Assembly (NCBI GenBank): GCA_012295275.1
Contig: CM022669.1
Coordinates: 6,014,001-6,078,000 of the forward strand
DNA from: Chrysomallon squamiferum
Lineage: Eukaryota; Animalia; Mollusca
Direction of reading: 5' to 3'
DNA: 64,000 nucleotides
The notes beneath the pieces are model-generated. The model worked only from the letters and a program-made list of their open reading frames with translations, did not search any database and was not told the origin of the DNA. Made by a program: the position numbers and the translations under genes. Numbering within the stretch: position 1 is the first letter of the stretch; each line of letters begins with the position of its first letter. This document shows, piece after piece, positions 53,901 through 64,000 of this stretch.

Positions 53901-54510
53901 AAAGAAAGAGGGTTGGTATATATATATTTGTGTGCATAAGAACTAAAGAGAGTGGATGTAGATATATATATATATGTATGTATGTATATAAGAAATGAAG
54001 AGGGTGGGTATAATAGTGTGTATAAGAAAGAAAGAGGATTGGAATATATATTTGTGTGCATATAAGAATCAGTGAGGGTGGGTATATACATGTGTGTATA
54101 AGAAATAAATAGAGTGGGTATATTAGTGAGTTTAATAAATAAAGACGTTGGGTATATATTTGTATGTGTAAGAAATAAAGACGGTGGGTATATTAGTGCA
54201 TATAAGAAATAAAGAGAGTGGGTATATTAGTGTATATAAGAAATAAAAAGGGTGGATACATATGTGTGTATAAGAAATAATGAAAGTGGGTATATATTTG
54301 TATGCATAAGATATAAAGAGGGTGGTTATATCAGTGTGTATAAAAAATAAAGAGGGCGGGTATCTATGCGTGTTTAAAATGAAAGAAAGACTGGTGGCTA
54401 ATAAATGGTACATGTGTTTGCATTAGAAGGGTAGGCGTAATGGCATGTATAAGAAAGAAAGAGTGTTGATATATGTGTATACAAGAGATAAAGAGGGTGG
54501 GTATATTAGA
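47935..54510. repeat. Degenerate tandem satellite/minisatellite with a ~30-35 bp unit (ATAAGAAATAAAGAGGGTGGGTATATATGTGTGT)
   Basis: Unit is directly visible over ~6.5 kb; + strand is strongly C-depleted; explains all ORFs called here. Confidence 0.95.
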
Positions 54511-55749
54511 TATTCAGCGTTTCGTGAAAACTATGATAGACGAAACATACTTAAATCATAACGTCCTCTAGCTCTGCTTTAACCACAACTGTGTGTTTGA
54601 AGGTTCATGATCGGATTTCAGTTTTTGAAAATTGGCATCTAGGATTATTTTATCGAACTTGGCCTATATAAAAATCATTGTGTTATCAATATGCATTCCA
54701 ATCTATTTAATTTCGATGAACCGTCTAAATCTGCGTCCAAATTATTTTAGTATTTTTATTTTTTGACCGACGTTTCTTAATTTATTCAAAGTGTACGACA
54801 CAAGTAATGGCTTTAGAATTAATAGATTAAACAAAAAAAAACTCTGTGAGTGACATTTTGTGTAATTTTTATCTATATTAAAATAAAAAATAAGAAATTA
54901 AAATGAATAGGAACTTCATAATTATAAACAAATCAATTAAATAATTATTTAAGAGTCTAAAAATAGACTTAGTCGATTTAATTTTTCGAATTTTAAACAT
55001 AAATGTTGCAGATATATATCTAAATCTTGTTAATAAGTAATAAAATTAATGGTATTTATCAGACAAAAAAATAAAAATGATGTATTGAAACTATTTTTGA
55101 TATCTATTGTTTGCATAAAATAAGCAAAACAAAAAGAAAGAATAAATATAAAGAAGAACAAATAAATTTTAAAAATACAAAATACCTAACAAAATAAAAA
55201 ATATATAAAGAAATGATTTCGAAAATTAAATAAGTAATTTAATTAACTGAAAAAAAAAAAAGTGAAATAAATGTCTGACATCATTTCACTGTGTCATATA
55301 CTTTGAACAAAAAATTGTGTAGGTATCATTCCTCACCAAGTAATTACTTTAAAAACAAATAAAATAAAACAAATTACATTCTTTTCGTACCTAAAATGCA
55401 GCGACAGTGAGTCACCTGGTGAGTGATGACACCCCCACCTCAGAGTGGCTAATACGGGAAACTCGTACTTGAAAATGAGCTCCCGGGGGACTGTTCACCT
55501 TAGGTACAGAACATAAGTATTTAAATATACATCATACACGTACGTGTGTATCTATGAGGGCGTGCGTAATATGTATGTAATACTATCATTCATTTATGTT
55601 GCTAGCTGGGCTTTGGATTTTTTTTTTTTTTTTTGTTGTCAATACAGATTTTTCGTTCTGCATGTGCTTAATATTCATGATTCACCAAAAATCTGTTTAC
55701 AATTATGTTCGTGTTAAAAGATCTATAAGAATTTATTTTGTTTCTGTAG

Positions 55750-56079
55750 GGTCACGCGAGTTTTTTGTAGACTTCGTTTTTTTCCATATTTAGCTGTAGA
55801 CGTACAAACTGATTAGTTATTTTAACGTGTTCAGCGACACACTGATTTCTCAAACCGTTCATGTCCTCAGCTGTTTTATCTTGTTAATCTCAGTTTGCTT
55901 GTTTTGTCTGTACATACCCAACAGTGAGCTGTGTGTTTTATTTCATGTCTTATCCGTCATACTTACCCTTATTAACGACCACGTGAGATTGTTAATGATA
56001 CAAAGTGGATTTAATATCACATGCATACTCATGGCTTCGAACAAGTAAATAAAGAAAATGAAAATAATAATAATAATAA

Positions 56080-56113
<34 letters not shown>

Positions 56114-56991
56114 GATTGAGGTGTAGTTGTTATTATTACTGTTGTTGTTGTTATTATTATTATTAATATTATTATTATTGTTGGTGGTGGTGTTGTTGTC
56201 ATTGTTGTTGTTGTTGTTGTAGTTATTTTTAATACTTGACCCGTGTTGTTACCGTTAACCCTAAATGAAATAAACTTATCTGACAAATTGTTTTATTTGT
56301 AACGTCAGATACGTTTAACCTTCTGTTTGACAGAACAGATAATATGTTTAATTCTATAACCATGTTAACTCTCAATTAATGCATTTATTTTTGTTTGTCG
56401 AAAGGCTTTCGATGTAATTAGATTTGTTCTCGCTTTGACTGAAATGAAATCTATAAAGATAAGTAGAATTATTTGTTTTGTTCGCCTTTGCGTCAGTAAT
56501 TTCCGCCAGATCCACTGGAGCACCAGAACCAGGTCAAGGTCACAGCTTGTTTTTATGAATATATGTCAAATCGTAACTATTTTTTTTTTATTAGCATTGA
56601 CAACGAGGTTACTGTTACAGGAGATGATTATAATACACGAAGACATATAAAAAGAAAAACACGAAGGTAATTCGGTACTGTAACCTGATTTATAATAATA
56701 CTAGGCCTAAGAGAGAAAAGCAGATGTCATATTTACAATGGAATAACATACAGAACTATTTGTCGGATTGGAATTAACATAAGAACTGGTGTTAGTCCAC
56801 AGTTATAAAATGGACTTTCGTGCACTCATAGGCTTCTTTCTGAAGATGAGAATATACTGTAATATAGCGTCTTTCTAAAATAGTTTATTTTGTCCTTCCT
56901 GGATTATTTATTTATTTATTTATTTATTCATATTTGTATCATGACTCCAACTAAACTACAATTAATACTGCTGCTGTTGCTCCTACTATTG

Positions 56992-57030
<39 letters not shown>

Positions 57031-57645
57031 CGAAGATCCTCATTATCTTTTATTGTTATTGTCCCCTATGCTTTTGGTAATTTAGAAAAATAAAATTTAT
57101 ATCATATTTTATCTAATTTTATTTCTTTTTGGGTTCTTTTTCTGTAAAGAAATATTTGTTCATACACTTATTAGTTTTAATCTAAGCCACACACGAGTGT
57201 CTACATATAAAAAGTTCTTCATCACATGCAAGATCGCTTATAAAATACAGTCTTTCGCTTGTTTTTTTTTTTGTATATAACAGCAGAAATAGATACCTTG
57301 TAGCTGCGTCATTAAAAGTAACTGTTCGATTTTCCTTTTCATCATTTACTTGTCCCGCAACCATAAAAATACACGTGATATTTAATCCGCTTGTGTGTAC
57401 AGTGTCAGTAGTCACACTTAGTCGTTAATAAGGGTAAGTATGACGGATAAGACATGAACTAAAACACTCAGCTGACTGTTGGGTATGTACGGACAAAACA
57501 AGCAAATTAAGATTAACAAGATAAAACAGCTGAGGACATGAACGGTTTGAGAAATTAGTGAGTCGCTGAACACGTTAAAATAACTACATGTAATTTCTTT
57601 GTACGTTTTGAACTAACGAAGTTACACCGAAAAACTCGTACAACC
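55750..57645. repeat. Inverted duplication: arms ~55750-56065 and ~57330-57645, ~1.27-kb spacer
   Basis: CATGTCTTATCCGTCATACTTACCCTTATTAACGAC (~55944-55979) is the exact reverse complement of ~57421-57456; TTTCTCAAACCGTTCATGTCCTCAGCTGTTTTATCTTGTTAATCT matches likewise. Confidence 0.9.
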
Positions 57646-57969
57646 AAAAAATAAATTCAAAAAACGGGTTTGAAAGAACAGAATTTGAAACTGTTTAATT
57701 AAACAGGTTTTAGTGCGAAAAGTGTATTTTCATTCATTCAATATCTAAATGCACGACAATGTTTTTGGCAATTTTCGAGCGATGCTTCTGTCAATGAAAA
57801 CAATACGTTACTTTCTTCAAACGTTCTCTCTTGTTTTCTAAATGATTGCTCTAACTGGTATTATCTGGGTATAGAATTACTGCATCATACCTCAGAATAT
57901 TAAATTTATACTACAAGCAGGTCCGATTAGGTCATTAGAAATAACACATTTCTTATGACACAGTAAATA

Positions 57970-58693
57970 CAGTATACCCTCACCTATTCGCGGTTCCCCA
58001 TTCGCGGCCCCGCATATTCGCGGGTTAGGCTCTTAACCCTATCGCATCGTATTCTGGTATACCAGGCTAGCGTCATAACGTCACAAAAACAAATGCTCGG
58101 TAAACCGCACAAACAATATCAAATTTTTTCAATTATTATTGCAATACAGTACGTATTTTTTTTTTTATAAATGCATACACTGTATATACAGTGCATATTT
58201 TTTGTGACCGTGTATTAATAATGTTTTTAATTGCATATTATTACTGAATTGTATTATTATTACCTGAACTGTGCGTACTGTATTTATGTCTGTTTTGCCT
58301 TTAAATTTGTTCCACTTTCTGTCAATTCTAATACATATGTTGTACATAGAAAATGACTTTACGGTGCAGTAATACAGTATGGGTAACTATGCTATGCGGT
58401 GTTACTGTCCTCATGTACTTACGTTTCTTTCTGATTAAAATATTGTTTCAGTACAAAATTAAAATGTGTTTACATTATCATTACTACATTAGTGAAATAC
58501 ATAACTGCATGCAATATTACTACATTATTACTGTATTAATGAGTAAGAGTGTCTTTAGAAAGTGTTTGGGAAGCATTTAGTACCGTATATAATCTCATAA
58601 TAGACGTTTTAAAACTGCATCCAATATTCGCGGTTTTTCGCTATTCGCGGGGGGGTAAAGAACGTAACCCCCGCGAATAGCGAGGGAATACTG
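57970..58693. mobile_element. Non-autonomous pogo/Tigger-like (Tc1/mariner superfamily) MITE, 724 bp
   Basis: TIRs CAGTATACCCTCACCTATTCGCGG and revcomp CAGTATTCCCTCGCTATTCGCGG; TA target-site duplication at 57968-57969 and 58694-58695; repeated subterminal ATTCGCGG motifs; no transposase ORF. Confidence 0.85.
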
Positions 58694-59399
58694 TATTTGT
58701 TTGAAAAATCTATAATTTAAGAGTTGTAATATAGTAGTAGTAGTGGTGGTTGTTGTTGTGGTGGTGGTGGTTGTGGTGTTAGGAACAGTAGCAGCAGCAA
58801 TAGCAGTGATGTGGTAGTCAGGGGAAGAGGAAGAAATACAACACCAAAATGAAATATGCGCATACTCTACTGCTGCTGATACAACGACTACTACTACTAC
58901 CACTACTACTAACACTATAATTTAATTTAACTAATACAACAATACTAAATCAGATATGCAGATATTATTACTATTATAAGTACTACTGCTGCTGTTCTTG
59001 ACTACTATTACTACTACTACTATTGCTATTACTACTACTATTTTTACTACTACAACTACAACAACAACTACTATAATATTCAAAGACGTTTATACGAACG
59101 GCTTTCTATTTAACATCACGTGACTAAAATCAGTCACTGTGTTGTAGCGGTAATATATAAGAAAATTTGACTTTGCTTCCTATTAAGAAAATCGTTTTAA
59201 AATGAAGACTAATAAAATGGTTTACTGTCTTCCATTTCCTGCAATGATTTAACAATAAGTAATCCTCTTTTTATCTTTTGCTCTTTTTTTTTTTTTTTTT
59301 CATCTTCGTGATTATTTCGAGATAATGCAGACAGATTTGTACTTATCATTTCCGACTTCGATTTACTATAAAAGCATAAAACGTCAGAAAACTAAATGG

Positions 59400-59433
<34 letters not shown>

Positions 59434-60557
59434 ATTCATTAACTTAAATGAGTTACGTGAATCGTAAATTCTGTTTTATTTTTGGAAGTAAAAGAAATAA
59501 AAAGAACATTCGACTGTACCAAGCAGACGTCAGTTAACTAAATGACAATTGCTCTTTCGAGAGTTAAAACCTTGGAAATTTTAGAGTTCTGCAGGTATTT
59601 TGTTTTATGTGAAAAGAATTACGTCACGAAGCCATTAAAGTTTTCTATGGCACTTGAACAGTAACGTCTAACAGATGTGTTCTGTGTGATGACGTTACAG
59701 TCACCGCCGACAGTTTCGTAGTTTGTGTGTACTAACGAATACACCAGTATGTGTACGTGTAAGCGTTTATATCAGTCTACTGCATGTACATGTGTACGTG
59801 TGTATGTACTAATGAAAGTAAATTAATATGTGTAAGTATATACGTGTGTATGTCCATGTGTGTGTGTATGCTTATGTATTTATACGTAATCTACGTATTA
59901 ATATACGTATGTATTTAAGAATGTACGTTCATATGTTTGTGTATATGAAAGTATATGTGTATCTATGTATGTATGTATATATGAAACCATGTTTGAAGGT
60001 ATGTATATATGAAATTATGTTTGAATGTATGTATATATATATATATATATATATGAAAGTATGTATGTATGTATGTATGTATGTGTATGTATATGTGTGT
60101 GCTTGTGTATCTATGTAAGTATGTATAAATAGTTGAACGTCTGCAATCTTTAGCTGTCAAGTGCTAGAAACATGTGAAAGGTTTGACGTGTGTTTGGAAA
60201 GCACCGCTCTAAACGAATTCATAAATTAAATTGGCTGGCTCTTCTGGCGCAAGCGATGTAATTTCATTCATTGGTGTGGTTCGATTCAAGGAAAACTGTT
60301 TCAGATGAATGAATTAATAGGCTAATGGCTTTGATGGGTTCAGTGGCATTTGTAAATGTATATGAATAATTGCAATTATAGATAATAAGTTAATGTCAGT
60401 TATATACCGATTAAATGTGAAATCTCCTACTCATGTTGATCTCTGTTGAACTTACTGAATACAAATAAACACGTACACAAGACTCGTAAGTAATAAAATG
60501 TTATAAAAAAAAAGAAATGCGTACAGAACAAAAATAAATATCTGTGTACGTAAACAA

Positions 60558-60606
<49 letters not shown>

Positions 60607-62019
60607 CTGTTTTGTTTCTCATCTCATTGCTTTTTCCACCTAAATAGTTGTCACCTACAAAAACTATAGATCAAAACAAAATAATTGTTAAATGATCACA
60701 ATTGTTAAATGATCACAATTAATATGGTATTTATTTAAATGAAAACTTTAAAAAATTGTATTTTAAGATCTAAAGCAGTAATTAAACACTAAACAAGTCA
60801 AAATATATACGTGTAAATATATATTTTTTATAACAAATAATTTAGCGAAGCGAAAATAGCTCGGTTACAAAAAGCCATATGTCTTTGTTTGTTTAACCAT
60901 TCCTATTTAAAACGTTTAAACTGTGTCATTGCTCAAATTCTGGTAATACTTTAAGATTGCTTCCAAATAATTTGCTGGAAAGAGAAAATAAACAATTCAT
61001 GTCAACAATCCTAAATTCATTTTATTCGATTTTAATTTTATTTTTGTTCTTTTCTTCAGACAGATATTTTATTTAAATCTAACCTTTTACTAAAGACAAT
61101 TTAAAATACAATCTTATAAAAGTGTATAAACCATTCCGTTTAGAAAAATTGCCCAGATTTCCACATCGAAGCCTTTTGATTCGTTTCTATGGAAACAGTG
61201 ATCTCGAGTTTCAAGAAGACCTTTCGGAAAGAAAAATCACGAGCAAGTAAATACAAATGTTTGTCCTGACGCTTGTTTTTATTCATGGAATACCGCAGTT
61301 GTATCTTATTCAGGATCTTTTTTTTTTTTTTTTTTTTTTTTCTGCTTCGAAGTTAAAAGTAATTTAGACTTTTTACTCTGAAACCTTTAGCTTTTCTTAG
61401 ATAAAAACAACGTTATTTTTGTTCGCTAGAGTTCTTTCCGTAAATGTCTTCGTGACAGAAGAATATCACTGTTACTTATCTCAGCCATTAGACAAACTAT
61501 AATATTTCTCAGCTGACACGTTCTATTACCAGTAATGCATTTACTCGTTAGAAAACTGTCACCTTAATTTGCGTAAAACCATGAGTAAATATTTTATGGC
61601 GTTTCTTGCAGTTGCTGCCAGATTGTCGATGGCAAAAATGTGTTTTTGAAACACTTAGCACAGCGGGTAACAGCAGGTAGGGCTTTTCTCGGGTTACTCA
61701 GTTCTACCAAGATTTCAGTGCAAAGGACAGGTGATTGTGTGTCTTATGGAATAATTGCAGTAATAATTAAAACATTATTACTACTATCATCATCATCTTC
61801 ATCATCACGATGACCATTATTATAATTATTATCATCAGTATCATTATCATTGTTGTTATTGCTGTTATTACAAATGTAATAGTTAAAAAGAGCATAAAAT
61901 AATTTGCATCAAATTTTAAATAGTTTTCTTTTCTAAACTCACAAATACACATACAGACATACACACAAATATGCATACAGTAATATACACATACTTACAC
62001 ACACACATACATACATACA

Positions 62020-62078
<59 letters not shown>

Positions 62079-63591
62079 ACACACACATATATATACTACA
62101 TATGTCTTGTTAACATACATATATAATACGTACACATTCACACACACACACACACAGATGACAGACAGAGTTATACACATGCAGAGAAGCTACCAACGAA
62201 GACATTTTATCGGTTAATTGCACTAGATTCCCTCTGTCCAGTATAATACTAATCTCATTCTGCTAGTTCCTCTTCTCTTCTCTTTGCCAGCACCAGCCTC
62301 TCTTCTGGGCCAACAAAACAATCAGGTCACCTCCTAATTTGTTTGAAGAAGCCATCAATGTGCCTCGATCATTGTCTACTGTCGCCAAATCTAATTCACA
62401 TTTAGAAAGAGATAACAGAACAATCGTACCCTGCTGGGAAGTAAAATGAAGAGCCCTGGGGGTCGAGTTTCTGGGGGAGGGAAAGGACTGAAGTGTGGTA
62501 CTGTATTAATTAGATAAATACGAGCTCTGTTCCCGGCTGTAAAACTAATCTTGTTACGTGTTCAGACAAAGTCAGTTTACTGCTGAATACTTTTACTAGT
62601 AACGTTTGATAAAATGAATAAAAAAAAACAGGTGGTCTAGTGGTATTATCTAGTAGGTTGAGCACCGAAAAGAAAAGATGGTTGGTCTGCGTTTTTATCC
62701 AGAGGAGAACAGTAGCGTTATAATATGGAAACAAATATGTTCTTTTCTAGACAGTACAGTACAAGAAAACGGTAGGACAAAGTTCTGTGTAGAAAGTTCT
62801 GTAACAATAAGAAAATGATAAAAAACTGTTCATGTCGTCATAATTCAATAATAATAAATGAAGAAGAAGAAGAAGAAGAAGAAGAAGAAGAAGAAAACAG
62901 AACAGTATTCTTGCCAAGAGACTTCAATAATAACAACAATAATAAGAAAATCATAGAACAGTGTTTTTCGTCTAGAAAGTTCAGTAACAAGAAGAAAAGA
63001 TGACATAACAATGTTTCCAGACTTTTCTTTCTTTCTTTCTTTCTTTGTTTTCAAATTATTTAAATTTCTTTTTAAATTGTTTACGTACGAACGCGATTTC
63101 TAATAATATACGAAACTATTTATCACAGCCCTGCATTATACGTCACATCCGCAGAAACCGTAAATAATAGCCTGACTTCACAACATGCTGGCTACTAAGT
63201 TCAAGAAACATGCACAAACAAAATAATAACAAACTGCACCAGACAACTACAAGATGAAGAATATGGAAAAGGTTCTGCTAACGAGGTTTTGCGGTTTGCG
63301 TAATTACTGGTTTGTTTAGAACTGCCGCACATGTAAATATCCCGTGCATGTTTCCACGTTTTAATTGGTCACCATTTGTTTAACTGTTGCTTGTTTCAAT
63401 CCGGCAGATATGTCGTCCGTCTTGTTGACGAGACAACACTACAATCTCACGACATGTTCTGTGTCTTCATGATGGCTTCAGATACTGGTAAACAATTTTG
63501 TTGTTCTGCGGAGACGCACGGTATGCTTCGTGATTAGCGTGTTTTAAATGTATTTACAAGTTACGTTTAAAATTGTAACTGTGCATATCAT

Positions 63592-64000
63592 CAGTGCCGG
63601 ATTTACTGTGCTAGTCGCTCATAGGCTATAGAAAAATTTACCGTCCCCTCTTCAAAGCCCACTTCACCCTTCCCACTTTGTTTATTATGTAATATGAAAT
63701 ATATGATTATTATTTTTTTTTTGTTAACTTATGGAAAAGCGCAAAAATTCTTACCGAAATAGCTCACACCTCAAAAAAAAAGTAATTTTTTTGCAAATTT
63801 TCTGTCCAATAGGTATTTATTTTTAGTCATAATAATTTAATTGAATTAGGTCAAAAGAGCCAAAATTTTAACAAAGCGCACAATTCGATAATTTAGTCTA
63901 CTAAAAAAGCGCCCAGTTGTGCGCGAAAGGCGCATAGTTGGCAACACTGGCCAGTAACAATTTTCACAAACTGCCGCCCTAGGCTCTAGCCTAGAAAGCC
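63592..64000. mobile_element. Probable non-autonomous hAT-type element, right end cut off by the window
   Basis: Starts CAGTGCCGGATTTA...TAGGC and approaches the window end with GCCGCCCTAGGC...GCCTA, typical terminal/subterminal motifs; the second TIR is not visible. Confidence 0.45.

Noticed and set aside
47863-54413. Many minus-strand ORFs up to 348 aa; also considered as a CRISPR-like array
   Set aside because: Translations of a satellite; units are contiguous and degenerate with no unique spacers, and the context is eukaryotic.
62291-62449. Polypyrimidine-AG followed by 52 open codons (HQPLFWANK...WEVK*)
   Set aside because: No recognisable homology and no supporting neighbouring exon.

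Overview
AT-rich, microsatellite-dense animal genomic DNA with GT-AG introns. The gene style suggests a lophotrochozoan, probably a mollusc (inference). I assembled four spliced genes by hand. (1) A minus-strand gene at 4004-15447 encodes a signal peptide, 14 one-exon-per-domain 8-Cys EGF-like (MEGF10/SCARF-type) repeats and a probable GPI signal, with decayed exon copies in its introns. (2) PDIA3/ERp57 lies on the minus strand at 21373-29823 (12 exons, 491 aa). (3) FBXW5 lies on the plus strand at 31154-36794, head-to-head with PDIA3. (4) An SLC43-family transporter lies on the plus strand at 39797-46743. The most notable signal is that the PDIA3 introns host at least seven sense-strand box C/D guide RNAs. 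Five are copies of a U82-like 18S guide and one is a U21-like 28S guide. The last is an 87-nt RNA whose D' guide is complementary over 13 nt to the branch-point-pairing region of minor-spliceosome U12 snRNA (predicted Gm18). FBXW5 and the SLC43 gene each carry a one-base frameshift. The distal 16 kb holds a ~6.5-kb G-skewed satellite, an inverted duplication, a Tigger-like MITE and a probable hAT-type element. All calls come from manual reading; rRNA/snRNA targets rely on recalled conserved sequences and need database confirmation.
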